A DNA stretch of 61,844 nucleotides, filler included, from Choristocarpus tenellus KU-1152 (GCA_964200185.2; 11 parts of 11 records of this genome joined end to end with filler, not necessarily neighbours in it); one strand, 5' to 3'. Numbered from the whole stretch's first letter, positions 1 through 13,512 are shown. Program-made: numbers and translations. Notes: generated from the letters alone by a model not told the origin.

Positions 1-79
1 GTAAATGCACTTTTCCGGAATTTTGGTCCAAATGGACACCTTGGTGTAGACCCCGCCCCCCTCCCAGATACTTTGGGTC
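1..79 (-). mobile_element. MITE family A, partial copy (one end, cut by window start)
   Basis: Reverse complement of the family-A left half, ending ...CCCAGATACTTTGGGTC. Confidence 0.85.
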
Positions 80-479
80 TAATAGTGAGTGTGAAAAAAT
101 ATTCTTCTACTACACAAGAATAAATACTGTACTAGTGGTGATAAGGCAAGGAGACGAATACTCGACTATAAGTTGTGTGACTGAAGATTTTTTTGAGTTG
201 AAGTTGCATCACTATTACACACCTTATAACAGGTCGTTGATCCGTTTATGATCTCCAAAAAAAAGACGTTTGTGACAAACAAACAAAATCCGAATTTTGT
301 GCATATTTTTGGGCATATCCTTGAAATGCAACTCTGGGTACCTCGCATTTACTTTGGCTCTCACATTTTTCCCAAACCTAACCCTAACCCTAATCCCTTG
401 ATTTGCTTGCTTACACACAAAGGGTATCCGGGCACACCTTATGTATGCGTGGTGGTGGAGTTCTAGTGTGAAGCACCAG

Positions 480-1196
480 CCGCAGAAGACTGGCAAGGAT
501 CACCGTCTAAACGATGAGGATGTTCAGAAACATCAAAAAGGTTTAGGTAGAACTAATTTGACTGAGTGCATTCTGGTTAGGTTTGTGCATGGAGTTTTGG
601 GGGAGATTACTTGTTATTGTTTTGTGTTTGGACTGAAAGCATACGGGAAGGAACGTGAATATACTGGACAGCCCTCACCACCTTCAGAAATGTATGGGGT
701 TTAGGCCTATCAGGAGAAGTGGGGGGGAGGTGCTAGAACGTATTTGGGAAGTACAGTTGCCACGGACAGAGCACTCTTGAGTTGTGTTTGATTAAACACT
801 TGGTCTAGTTCACTTGTGTGGGTTGTCTAGGTGCTGCTGTGTAGGCTATTACACCCTTGATACTCTTCCCATAGTCGAAAGTTCTGGCCTGTACTAATAT
901 GTGTGTGATCTTGCTTAGAATGGATGTGAATGCATGGGAATGGGTCATATTTATTCCTTCTGCAGGGTGTGCCGCGTCCTCCTCTCGCACGTTATTGTGC
1001 CTGTCGTATACTTTCATGTCACACTCATTTGGAAGTGTCTTAAAACCATGTTGGGCTTTGTTCTGTATTTACTTCTGTTTGTTTTTAACATATACATATA
1101 TGTGCATCTTCTGCACCTGTAACTGTTTTGGGTTTGTTCATGGTAACAGTGCTACGTTGTTGAGATAGTATGCGTCGAGTTCCTCTACTTCTTCAG
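480..1196 (+). mobile_element. Possible decayed Copia 3' end: RNase H remnant, PPT, then LTR
   Basis: Purine tract AGGAGAAGTGGGGGGGAGG ends at 730 and is followed by TG at 731. The upstream DNA weakly resembles the Copia remnant at 51200-51400. A CA at 1195-1196 is a candidate LTR end. No second LTR is available to confirm. Confidence 0.3.
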
Positions 1197-1211
1197 GTAT
1201 GTGAAAATCGA

Positions 1212-1390
1212 GACCCAAAGTATCTGGGGGGGGGCGGGTAGGTCTACACCAGGGTGTCCATTTGGGTCAAAATCTGGAAAAGTAGACTACATTATCCATC
1301 CGACTTATCCAACCAAATCACCCCAAAATCGCGACATGGAAAAATTGGCCCCAAATGGACAGCCGCCATTCCCCCCTAGGCACTTTGAGC
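1212..1390 (+). mobile_element. MITE family A, full copy
   Basis: GACCCAAAGTATCTGGGGG...CCCCCTAGGCACTTTGAGC, flanked by TCGA on both sides (4-bp TSD). Confidence 0.92.
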
Positions 1391-1399
1391 TCGATCGAG

Positions 1400-3920
1400 A
1401 TTCATGCACTGTGCATACACATGTAAGATTAGGAGAGATGTCAGAGTGGTAGTTGCTGCTCCTTCGGTAGATCACTGAAAAGTTACTTGTTTGCCCAGTG
1501 CAACAATATTCTTGTGATTATAAATAGTCTCGGTTATTCAGTCTCGTTTGGGCATGCAGCATATAAAATTGAGACTCTCATTATATAGTCGTTACCCTTT
1601 CAAACAAAGAGTACAGGTGTGTTTATTGTGCAATATAATTGTTACATGCCCCCTTTAGCAGAAAATTCTAGAAACCCTGATTTTTTTCAACAAGGACCAA
1701 TAACACCATGATTGTGTACCAAGCATTGGCATTATGCATTGCATGAATCGTACGAATTCCTGGAGACTGTTGATAGTGCCAGTGTGCCAGCCCAAGAGTC
1801 TGTGACATATAGTAATGACTGTGTGCCTTTATAACGCCTTGCCTTAACACGACATCCACCCAGGTCACCAGGAGGCTACGCACAAATTCTTTGTAAATGT
1901 GTTCATGCTTACTACATGTGTGCACTTGAAAGATGATATTGTTGAAATCTTTACTTCCAAAAGCATTTTGTATATATTTTTTGACAATACCATCGTTGTC
2001 TTCAGTAGATAGAGACTTGCTGATGATGGTGTTATATATAGATGGCGATATTTGTTCTGGGGTTATATAGACCAAATTGTACAGATCATGAACATTCTCT
2101 ATATGATTCAGAACAATAGGTAGTTCAAGTCCCGTTGCCCTAGAGATAAAAATAACCAACTAGGAGTATTTAATTGAGACGTCAACAACCATAGTTAACC
2201 TATCCTGGATTTCGTGGCTGTGCACGTCAGGTGTTTTTCCTGGGTAAGGAATGAGGTGAAACACGTTTTTTTCGTTTTTTGTGTGTTATATTGTGTTATG
2301 CTACACAGGTGTGTTGTACTATTTATATCAACACTCTGTGTGCTGCACTCTATGCCTGCTGACTTCTTATGATCATCTGTAAGCAAGCCCTAAAACTCTG
2401 AGGTTGTTGACTATCATTTTTACATGAAACAAATGGAGAATGGGTTTTCCTTTTTTCTCCCAGATATATAATGCATATCAAATATTTTTCTTAGTACAAA
2501 AAAGCAAGTCACGTTTTGGTCCAGACGCATCACATGTGCAAACAACACACACAACATCCACGTCCACTGCCCATCACAATGTGTACGTAGATGGCCCATG
2601 CCCAAGGCTGGACTGGTGGCAAAGGTTTTGGACGATGCATAGTTTGCGAGTAAAAAAATAATCTCGAGAATATACGCTTCTAGGGTTTCTATGTTGCATC
2701 TATAACAAAAACAAACCTGTCATCACTTTGTGGAGTTTGATATTGGCTAGGTTAAGGATGTATAAATTTAGACACACCAGATTATGGTTTCAAAAACAAA
2801 CCCCATGATTCTAAAGCAAACGGGCTAGAGATTATCATCGAAAAGACTCAAAGTATCTGGGGGAGGGGGAGGTCTACATAGGGTGTCCATCTGGACCAAA
2901 ATCAGGAAAAGTGCATTTACATTATCGATCCGACGTATGGAACCAAAACACCCCAAATCGTGACATGAAAAAATTGACCCCAAATGGACAGTCGCCATCC
3001 CCCCCTAGATACTTTGAGCCAAAACCTCACATTATGTCTTAAAACTCTCACTTGCAAGTTCTTTGAATGACAGTTGGGTGGAGACGCTAAGCGCACTAGC
3101 AGGATATACACACCCTCACTTTAGTAACTGCCCCGCCGAAGTAATTAATTGATTAGAGGGACAACAATCCTCGAGCACGAAACCTCACCCAACCCTCTAA
3201 CAACTTCCTATCACCAGAGGTTAACTTTTGTTAGAACTTTAGATAGCCCTCGAGCTACCCAGAAAGTAGTGGAAGTTGATTAATCGTCTTCCACGTCCCA
3301 TGACACCATGCCATGCTCCAAAACGTGAAAGGGCAACGAACAGGAACTATTCCTCCATTGGAAAACAAATAGTTCTGAACAATTCCTTGCGGAAATATAT
3401 GGGCTATGACATCCCTGGTGCATCTGCTCGTTGTGGGTGGCAGTGCCTCCAGCAGTAGTCCATTGCTTCCTATTATTGCCCTTTTTGTCATTATACAATC
3501 CAACCATCCAACCATAAGATCGAAACACCTCCTGGCTACAAGGTGGAAAAATTACTCAAGCTCCTCAGTTCAAAGTTTCTACTACTTACCCCAAGACCCC
3601 CAAGGGAAGTCACAACGAACGGAAAAAACGGTACAGTGTACTTTGGCTTGGAAGAGACAGGGATGGGACGCACAACAGCGGTGCAGGGAAATAGTAGTAC
3701 CATATATTTCCACGACTAACCACTTGACAAATCAGGATGACGTGATGTCTTTGACAACAAAGTAAGCAAGCCCCACAGCAATATCTCGTATAGGCACACC
3801 TTGGAAGAAGAAATGGAACCCGGGAAAAACACCCACTCACTACGACGGCCTAGGGTTGTAAGGTGCTTGAAACCTATCATATCAGCCGTTGCTTTGCTGC
3901 ATCTATTTTTGTGCAATTTA
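1400..3920 (-). mobile_element. Decayed Gypsy/Ty3 LTR retrotransposon (pol remnants, PPT, start of 3' LTR)
   Basis: Minus strand shows RNase H-end-like KHLTTLGRRSEWV (~3800-3880) and integrase-core-like TRDVIAHIFPQGIVQ..GIVPVRCPFTFW (3255-3515). PPT AAAGGGGG is followed by TGTAAC at 1646. Heavily frameshifted; the lower boundary is approximate. Confidence 0.45.
2845..3020 (+). mobile_element. MITE family A, full copy
   Basis: GACTCAAAGTATCTGGGGG...CCCCTAGATACTTTGAGCC, TSD AAAA. Confidence 0.92.
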
Positions 3921-4424
3921 CCCTGAAAGTATTACTATTTGATTAGTAGTGAAGACAAGAAGGAGTGTGGAGCCTCACATTACCCCCTTTGCTGAACGTG
4001 AAAAGAATGGGTGGATGAATTAGAAGAGTGACCTTTGTGGGGTGTCTTCTTATTGCTTTTATATTATTATTTGTACTTCAGATGTAAGTCAACGGTTATA
4101 CAAAATAATTTTAACGGCACATCCAAACCCCATAATTCTGATGTACTACCTCTTTGTTACATCACATGGACTCAATCCAATGCCACAATCTCACTTGGGC
4201 AAAATAGGGTACACCCTACGATTTACTTTGCACAATTGTTCAGTCCGGTGCAACAGCCACTCAACTTAGTATTATCATCAACACAAGGAAAACAATACAA
4301 AGGATAATTTATTTCCTTAGGGCTAATAATGACATATTATTTGTTTAGTTTCCATTTAACAGCGGATTTCAAAAATTGAGGATGGAGCGTACTATGGAGG
4401 ATGGGTTTGACCCAAAATTGACCG

Positions 4425-4524
4425 NNNNNNNNNNNNNNNNNNNNNNNNNNNNNNNNNNNNNNNNNNNNTTAATTAATTAANNNNNNNNNNNNNNNNNNNN
4501 NNNNNNNNNNNNNNNNNNNNNNNN
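4425..4524. other. Artificial contig spacer
   Basis: 44 N + TTAATTAATTAA (stops in all six frames) + 44 N. Confidence 0.98.
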
Positions 4525-4677
<153 letters not shown>

Positions 4678-5997
4678 CTGTCTTTTAGAGTGTCCCATGT
4701 ATAGGATGAAAATCTGTGCTCTGATAGGTAGAGGATGAACACACCTTGAACTTGGTCATCATATGTTGATAAACGCAAGGGATAATTTAATGACAGTACG
4801 AACTTGTACAAACTTTTTCAACTTCGATATCACCACAGAGTTCTTAACTTGAGTTACCTTTTTGAAATGGCTAAATGTTCATACATAACCTTCCAAGCTG
4901 CTCAGATTGTGACAAATGTAAGTGATTCCTCTCAAAACGGGTCTGCAAAACTATGATTTGACATGTTTCTTCTTGTTCCAGGGGAAGATCCCACCCAAAT
5001 CTTACACCACCTTGGGGTTGGCTTTTTGATTTCATCAAGAAGGTAGGTACGCATGCTACAACCTGCCAAATCCTCCAGGGAAAAATCGGAGACGATAGCC
5101 CACCAGCGCATGCACACATAGAGCACGCGACTACTAGTTGCCAGTGCTACTTCTGAGCATGGCGGGAACTTGTTGACTCTGTTGTTACAGACCGATTTGA
5201 ATAAGTCATTGAGCTTGCTTCTTGTCCTGAGCATTTTGGGACAAACGTTCTTACCAGTCGCGCAAGTGCTGACTTAAAATAAAATAGACACCAGCTCGAG
5301 CGCCATGCAGCAAACATATTCAGTAAGTGTATTAAGTGTCCACTGGGGTAGCCACTGCAGGTGATCGACACAACGCCCGTATGAGTGAGTGAAATGATAA
5401 CAACAGTTCAATTCTGTTCCTCTTTACTTTTGTACATGAGATGTGTAAACTCTGCAGAGGCATGAAAAGCAACACCATCGCCACTACCACTCCACACCAA
5501 CACACGCACAACAAAAAAGTGCTACTGCTTGTATGGCACAATTCAGATAATCGGGAAACTCAACGGACAAACTAAAAAACAAAAAAATATGCCAGCTCAT
5601 AATGTAGGAAACAGAGAGGATATAATGGACCTACAGTTTGACTGAGTGCCAAAGAGCTACAAGGTAAAAAGCCCAAAAAGTAAGGTTCTTCGGAGCGATT
5701 CACAGCTTTCAAAGTAACCATCCAATCCTACTGAGTGCCTGCACCCCCTTCTGCCAAGCCCCTTTCTTCTAACTCCTGTTCCAAATAGTTCCCATACCCA
5801 CAAGAAAAATCGATCAGGCACAAAACCAACCCAGAATTTCTTGGTCAGGCACATGTCCATCTCTTCTTTCTTGTAGCAGAAGGGGATGGATGCGTGGAAC
5901 AGTACTGGAGGATGGCGAAAGATAGCATGTTTAAGATGACTAGCTTGCTCCATTTCGACTTGTTGTACATACAGTCGACTAAAATATTCTCAGAGAG

Positions 5998-8900
5998 TCA
6001 CGATCCAGTCATGTCTTTGTAGACCCTAATGATGTTCTGCAATGAGACATCCTTCTTCATATCCCGTTTCCACGATGGCATCTATTGAAACACCATGCCG
6101 GCGATGAGATGTGATGTGATTGGACGGAGTGCAAGCAAGGAGTCGAGAAAAAAGAGACACATGGTCAGAGGGTTGACGACGACAAACAAGGGGGAAAAAC
6201 ATAAAAAAAACGTTTTTATGATTAGTTCCAGAAAAGCAAGGCATGTACTCCAAAGGCGTGTATAAATGAAAAAAAAAATGTATGCGATGCACTTCAGTGT
6301 GTTACACACGTAAGATATGCGATCATGGACACAAAAGTATGGTCGAAGAAGGGTGTCGGGGGAGGATCGAACTCATCATCCCTGCATGTGAGCAGTGCGC
6401 AGCATTGGAGGTATATACTACATACTCACAATTAGAACACTAAAAAAGAAATTTCATTTCGCCAATGCATGCCCACACAACCTCCTGTACTCGTTTGCAA
6501 TACTTGCAGAGGCATGTACTTCTGAATTTGCACCCATCATGCCCCCGCCCCGTTCACTCTACTGGCTCGTTCACAATTGTGTCAGGAAGGCTCCAGCACC
6601 TTAGAACCCTCTAGAACTCTTGCAATTTGAGAGCGTTTCACCTGCTGCGGAATCAAGACTCAAACAAAACCCTCTGATGCACTCTGACCAGAAAATCACG
6701 TGGGTGTATCACGCTATTTACGTTGCTAAGGACAACAAGAGGTACAAGTATACATTACCCCCACCAAAACATGCATCAGGACACTACCCTGCACAATAGT
6801 CTGGGACACACATACGCATCATTAGACAAGCAGGACCCTGTGTAACCTGGGCACGTATCTACGAATGAGACTCCTCCATCTCCTGGATACACGCCTTTCC
6901 ACAAAGACACAATTAACACCTGGTACAAGGTGTTTCAATAATACTATCCGTTGTATCATGTATAAATTGGTGTGAGTGTCTGTCAGTGCTTTTGGTACTC
7001 CTGGTGCATTGTGCTGTAACAATATACTTGGACCTGTAATGGACACAAACTCAATTCAATCTATAGCAATGGCACATCCTTCTACTGGAGTATTACCCCA
7101 TGGATTGAGAATACCACCCCTTATCATTCCCAGAAACCATACTAAAGCGTGTGCAAATCATCAAACAGGGAACTATACCACAGACCTGCTGATTTCTGGA
7201 GGTAAACCGACACTTTAGTTTGTTCATCAAACAGAGTGCGTCAGCAGTTGGTGGGTGTGGTATATGAGAGTGTGCAAATATCTCTTCTTATATTGACATT
7301 TGCTACTTCATTCTTCTTACCTCATACCTTCTTAGTACTGACCCGCCAACCAACGGAAATAATGTTACAGTCGACCAGTCTCATACCCTAATACAGAAAT
7401 ACAGAGTTGAGTGCTTGTAAATTTTGAGCACCTGCACTGTTCATGTGGGGAGGGTCTGGAGGAAGACAAAGATGGGCGGGACAAACCTTGCACAGTGGGC
7501 ATTCCTGTTTGGTGGTGGTCTTGAAGCACCCCATGATGCAAGTTAAGCAGAAGCGGTGACTGCAGGGAAGCACCTGGGGGTTCTCAAACAGACATAGACT
7601 GCAGGGTGTAGAGGGGATAAGGTGGACACATTTGTCAAGGCACAGGAAGCAAAAAGGTGAAAAAACACTTGAAAGTACCTGTTTGTCAAGGGCATCCTGT
7701 GGATTTGGACACCTCATGGAAGGTAGCACAAATTGCACCATCACAATTCAAATAAGGGGTCTAGTAACCTACAGACTAAACCTTATATTCCCATGTAAAG
7801 GGCGAGGCATTGATGCTCACAGCCAACGGGCCATTCTCAAGCACAGCAGCATGCGTGGCAAACATTTGTGGTTAGGGTTAGGGTGCAATCACGAGGGAGC
7901 GATCAAGTCTGTTCTCACCAGACTGGGCAGGTAAGCTCTGCAGCAAGAGCTGACATGGACTGACTGGATTTCTCCGCCCTTGCATCATCTTGTCCTTCCC
8001 CTTTTCCTCTCTGACCTCCACTACATTGTGCAGGCATACTCCCGTCGTTTACAGATTTTGCGTGAGACCCCCCCCCTCCCCTGGCTCCTTTGCTTGCAGC
8101 ACACCCTCCTGCTTCTTTCCCAGACCCTGCACTCCTTCCTTCACCCTCTGACTGGATACTCTTGCTACCTGAGCAGTCTGTGTCCAGGTGTTGACTGCAC
8201 ATGTCAGGTCTCACCTTCTTACCACAGATCGGGCAACTTGTTGTGATATCAGTAGTCACACACGCATCATTGCCATGTCCCTCTTGGGGTCCTATCCCCC
8301 CCAGGGATCTCTTGCCACCCTTCTCTCCCATAACCTTCCCAATGGTGACTACTGTGGAGTCTCTGGTAGGGTCACCAGTGGTTGATTCAGAAGTGCATAG
8401 GTTGACTGGGGCAACCAGATCAGCCCCAGTTGCCCCTGCGTCTGGTTTGATGCCGGTAGCTATATGAGACATCACTTTCATGGAAGTAGCTACAAATGTG
8501 GTCGCCTCGGATGTGGAGCCTGGTCCCTTACCCTGGCAATCTTTGTCCAGGTGCTGGCTACAAAGCTTGATGATGACCTGGGGCAGTGGGGAGGTGTGTA
8601 GGAGATCAGGGGCGTCGCATGAGCTCTCACTTCGATGCTACTGTGTGTTGATGCCTAGTTGGAAGATCTTGAAAAGAGGTTTGGGACTCAAAGGAAGACT
8701 GTAACAGCGTCTATGAAGGGATAACTTGCAAACACAGAGGGCTGAAGCGTTCCACAATAAACTTGTGGAGATCTCAGTCTGTAAAATGTCAAGGACACTT
8801 TTGTGGTTGGTGAGCATAAGAAATCCTTATTGCGCACTACACACACTTGAGAAATCCAGGAATACCCCGAGCAGCGAGTGTTTCCAATGCATGAATCCTT

Positions 8901-9569
8901 TCTGTCTTGGACTTCGAGAGTCAATGCCTAATAGTATTCAGGGAAACATACCCTCTTCCCGCAAACAGGGCAAGAGCAGAAACTCGTCATCGAATCTCCT
9001 CCCTCAGCACCCTGTGCCGGCCGTCGTCTCTTCTTTGCGCCATGAGAAGCCCCCCCTGAGGGAGGTGTCTTTCTCCCCCCTTTTACTCTGTCCGAGGATG
9101 CGGCTAGCAACCTGGCGAATGCGTCTTGACGATTTTCCTTGCCTGGTGCGTCTGCAAATGGGTCCCAAGCCTCCTGCTGTGGCGTCTCCTTTCGAGAAGG
9201 GCTCAAGGAAGGAACTTGTTTCGCCGGTTCTGGTGAATGAAAAGTAGTTGCAGTTGACCGCCTTCCTTCTAGCAAACGAGAGTAGACATTTAATCGAGCT
9301 TCCCCATTATCGAAGGGATCCCAGTGTTCCTGTTCATCGTTCTTGTCACCTGACGTGTTAAGAGGGATGCAATGAGGATCTCTGAGAATAGAGGAGTCAC
9401 TTCCAGCCCCTCCTTCCTCGGCCTGCATGCCCTTTTGTTTGAGCACTTGTCCAGGCCCAGCTCCCGTGTCTGCCTTTGATGTTCTCATCATTCGCTCCTT
9501 TCCCACATCACGCTCTCGTTTCCCATTGCTTCTAGGCTCTCCCAACCATGAAACCAGACCCCCAGGCAT
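5998..9569 (-). CDS. Protein with two UBZ4-type zinc fingers and a C-terminal C3HC4 RING (putative E3 ligase), about 490 aa
   Basis: Phase-consistent GT-AG exons 9569-8952, 8577-7919, 7598-7487, 6081-5998. They give CPVCGKRVIIKLCSQHLDKDC, CPICGKKVRPDMCSQHLDTDC and ELTCPVCLCLFENPQVLPCSHRFCLTCIMGCFKTTTKQECPLCKMPSWKRDMKKDVSLQNIIRVYKDM. The start ATG is uncertain because an acceptor-like CAG precedes it. Confidence 0.85.
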
Positions 9570-11124
9570 ACTGGAACTATGCCACGCTGTTCTGGGTACA
9601 AGCGGTCCAGTTTGAAGACTTGTCAGGTTCTCAATGTGTTCAAAATCAAAAATGCCAAAGTGGAACAACTACTATGGCCTCCCAAGGTGTCAACTAACCA
9701 AGAAGCAAACACTCTTCTTTACAACAACAATAGTAATAATAATAAATAATAATAATAGTAACAACCTAGACATTGACAATCCACTAGACATGCTAAAGTG
9801 TACAACTTGACCATATGGTATCCTCCCACAGAACGAATCAGAGTAGAAGGTGGGCACCAACAGGTTCCTCGTGAAAAGTGTGCCTCATTAGACATGTTTA
9901 TCCATGTCAACATTCAGTCAAGCGTAATAAATAACACCACCATCACCACCACTACTAGGCGAATAAGAGTTCATCCCTCCAATGCCTACATACAACTGTT
10001 TTCTCGCAAAAGTGCATGCACTTGTCATTGTCACTGTTGTTATAGTTGAAATCGTACCAGGTCGAAAATACATCAAAAAAGATTTTTCTTAGCGAGTGGG
10101 GCAATCTGTCACACTCGCCAAAAAAATTATGATCCTAGGAAATGAGTATGGTTCCATGTGTACCCCTGGGAGACACTAGAGCGCGTCTGGCAGAGCCTCC
10201 TCGTAGTCTACGAAATGCTGGTCTTGGGTCACAAAGGGAATTGATATGGGTCAGCTTTGGGTTAAAATGGGTTACACCTTCAGAATAGTGGATGAAATGA
10301 CATGTGGGATGTCCCTCACATCCACAGATTGAAGGGGTTTCACTTTCAGTTACAAGTCGATCTTGGCCCCATAGTGTTCAGTCCTCTCGGATGTATAACA
10401 TGATAACTTCCTTTTAACCCATTTTGTGTGAGATTTGGACCAAAAAAGTGGTGCCGTATCCCTTTATGACGTACAAGGGGAATGTCTCTCCCCAAGGACG
10501 ACCTTGTGATAATTATATGCTGTGTCGTATGTATCTTGCCTAGCTAAATCATTACCAACATACTACAGACCCTATCAACAAATACCTGAGGAAGATCTTC
10601 TCGAAGGGTCTCCCACGCCACAAAAGTGTCCTCTATTTCATGTCCACAACCCTCATTTCACCCCACCACCCAGTGCTGCCTTGACCACAGAGTTTGCATA
10701 ATAACACAAAAAGACTGATTGCGAAATGTAATACATCAAAAACAAAAACCCGCATCACACAGAAAGACCAAACACAGGTTGGACTTCATGCCCTCTTCCA
10801 TAAAAACCAGAAAAAAAACACCATCACCATGAGCCTTACTCCTCTATTCAGGCACTGTTTTGCTCCCACTCACCAAGAACCTCCCCCCCTCCCCGCTATC
10901 CTGCTCTAGAGCCAATAACACAAAGCAGGAAACAACCGAAAAAGGAAGAACAGGAACCCTAACCCTAACCCTATCATAAAATAAATACCGAAGGTCCCCA
11001 CAGAGCTAGCTCCACATCACTGATCCCAACCTCACAGACTTTCCACACTCCCAACAAACTCCCCCCCCCCCTCCTCCCCACTGCATACATATTATATATA
11101 CATACACCAAAAACACCTTCTACC

Positions 11125-13330
11125 TTACGACCCTGCTGGGGGCCACCTCGAATGCCCCCCGGAGTGGGGATGAGCAGGTCGTGCTTGGGGCTGCTGCTGC
11201 GTCCTTGGGGCGTGAACCTGTGGAGGGAAGACTACCTGCATGGCAGGGGAAGGGCGCTGGAGCTGGTGCTGGTGCTGGTGCTGATGTGCATGGTGGGGCT
11301 GGTGTGGAGGAAGAGCCTGGTGTGAGGATGGGTGACCTCCACGAGCAGGAAGGGGTTGTTGCTGATGAGGAGGGTACCGCTGCTGGGGCTGAGTCACGTT
11401 TGCTAGTTGTGTTAGGTGGGATTGTGTCTGAGGAAGTAAAACTGCAGCAGAGCTCTCCGTGTGCACGCCGCTATTCGCCTGTCTCGGAATTGATCACACA
11501 AAAGTTTTTTTGGGGGCAGGGGAGGAGTGGGATGTGAGAGAGGGGATGATGAAGTCGGTCTCTGGAGTGCTGAAGTCAAGAAGTTTCCTTGGTATCACAC
11601 TTTGTTATAGAATGGGGGAGGGGTGGAACTCTTGTCTAGAATCAATCATCTCCCCAGTGTTGCTGTTGCATGTGTTGGAGAAGGAGGTTTCACAGAAGGA
11701 AGGAAGGCTAGCTAGCACTACACCAAAAATAAGTTGTTTTATTTATTTATTTTCTCTATGAGGAGGAAGTGATTTCGCCAAAGCGACAAGGAAGACAACT
11801 GAGGCACACCCATCCTTGCACCCAACACCAAGACACAAGCGATGGCATACATAGGTGAAACAGAGGCCTCACCAATCTCCATATTTAAACCACTTCAACA
11901 AACCCTTGCAATCAGGAAAGGCACAGGAGGTGTGTACCATCCTATAGTAGGGGTAGTGCTTGTATGCGGGGAGGGGGTGAGGGGGTGAGGGGGTGGGGAG
12001 GGGGGGAGGGTCTGCTACTAACCCCACCTTTCGACGTTTCAACTCCTCCTTAGATTCCTTGTTCCGCTTCTTTGTCTCAAAGTCATGGCATGATTGCAAG
12101 TTTAGCGCTGGCATGCTGCTCAACAAAAAAAGAAATGATTGGCAGTCAAGTTGGTGTGGAGGGTAAGGGTAAAGGTAGGGTAAGGGTAAGAGTAGGGGTA
12201 GGGGAGCACACGATGGGGAGTCCGGGGAAGGGAAGAGAATAGCCTGTATGGGGTACATGAAATCATTTGTCTCGCCTTGGGATGAGTGCCTGATAACAAA
12301 AGCACACGCGGAAGAACTAACGGTACCTACGTCGCGGTTACCAGTGAAGGAAAAGCCTTCCAGAATACTACAAGCATTGATGACAACAGAGACATTGACA
12401 CTCAAGGGGGAGCCCATCTGCAGTGTACATTTCATCATCGCCTAGAAGTGCACAGTAGGTGGACACGCCACCGCAGGGTATAGCAAAAAATGTAAAAAAA
12501 TAAATGTTGATGATGCAGCACCCAGTGGACCCTCTTGGCAAGGTCAATCTCCCCCACCCCTTCAGGCGCACGTGCCCCTTGTGATAGCTCGCTATTCATA
12601 TCAAAATAGTCCTCTGAAAACACTCTTAGAATAAAACATTAAAACACATACGCAAGCACAAGCAGGCGTGTTCATACTTACCTAACCCTAACCCTTAGAT
12701 CTGATTGAGTTAGAGGTCAATAAACACAACACAACACAACACCACTGCCACATTCACACACTGTGACATACATACATATATACATACACAATACATATAT
12801 ACACACATAAATATATAAATAGCTACGTGCCTTCACTTCATAAGGTCCTCTCCATGGGGACAATAACTTGGGGTTCAGTGCAGCAGCTGAATTATGAGGT
12901 TTGTGAAGCCACACTTTATCTCCGGGTTTCGTATAGTGTTATTTTATTATTCCAATTCTTAGATTCCTGATAAACTTGATGCACATAACACATAATAATA
13001 CAAGTCCATCTTCCCATCACAATTGAGCAAGTTCCCCCCCCCNNNNNNNNNNCCCCACCACCCGTGCGCATCGCCCCCCCCCCCCCCCCCCCAACACACA
13101 CACACACACACAACCCATCCCTCTCCTTCCTCAACTCAACACCTGAAAAGGAACACACGTCACACGCAGCAATGAACAAACAGTCTGTTCCACAAACTCG
13201 CCTTCCAGGCTCCTCTGGCAGTGGATGGGCCTGAAAGAATGGGTGATCTAGCGCCGCCTCTGCACTAATCCTTTGGTCTGGATCTAGTACCAAGATGCCT
13301 TGCAGGAGACTCACTGTCTCCTCACCATAG
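11125..13330 (-). CDS. 3' part of a cyclin-dependent kinase of the CDKC/CDK9/CDK12-13 type with Gln/His/Pro-rich tail
   Basis: Exon 13330-13202 encodes subdomain XI LDPDQRISAEAALDHPFFQAHPLP. Exon 12115-12028 encodes MPALNLQSCHDFETKKR, matching the HE/HD + basic-cluster extension of transcriptional CDKs. Exon 11478-~11125 is low complexity. The first intron uses a GC donor. 5' part is missing at the contig end. Confidence 0.82.
12830..12914 (-). mobile_element. Short Gypsy integrase GPY/F-module remnant inside the CDK intron
   Basis: WLHKPHNSAAALNPKLLSPWRGPYEV matches the KL.P.W.GPY.V motif. Confidence 0.6.
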
Positions 13331-13351
13331 CTAACGTTTGGGGAAGGGGAG

Positions 13352-13383
<32 letters not shown>

Positions 13384-13412
13384 AGACCGGGGGGGGGTGC
13401 GAGAGAAACAAC

Positions 13413-13512
13413 NNNNNNNNNNNNNNNNNNNNNNNNNNNNNNNNNNNNNNNNNNNNTTAATTAATTAANNNNNNNNNNNNNNNNNNNNNNNNNNNNNNNN
13501 NNNNNNNNNNNN
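13413..13512. other. Artificial contig spacer
   Basis: 44 N + TTAATTAATTAA + 44 N. Confidence 0.98.

Noticed and set aside
1201-1452. Recurrent small ORFs with IHPTY.TKSP.NRDMEKL (also 52631, 57170, 58534) as a peptide family
   Set aside because: They are translations of MITE-A copies, with inconsistent starts and frames
4469-4480. TTAATTAATTAA recurring ten times as a biological repeat or regulatory motif
   Set aside because: Always centred in 44 N + 44 N; it is a synthetic six-frame stop linker. ORFs that run into it are artefacts.
5831-5905. Exon-like segment LFHASIPFCYKKEEMDMCLTKKFW between CAG and GT
   Set aside because: Lies beyond the RING gene stop, with no recognisable motif and no partner exon
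6345-6430. Possible tRNA gene on the minus strand (B-box-like GAGTTCGATCC)
   Set aside because: No cloverleaf or convincing A box can be built; at most a decayed tRNA-derived SINE head
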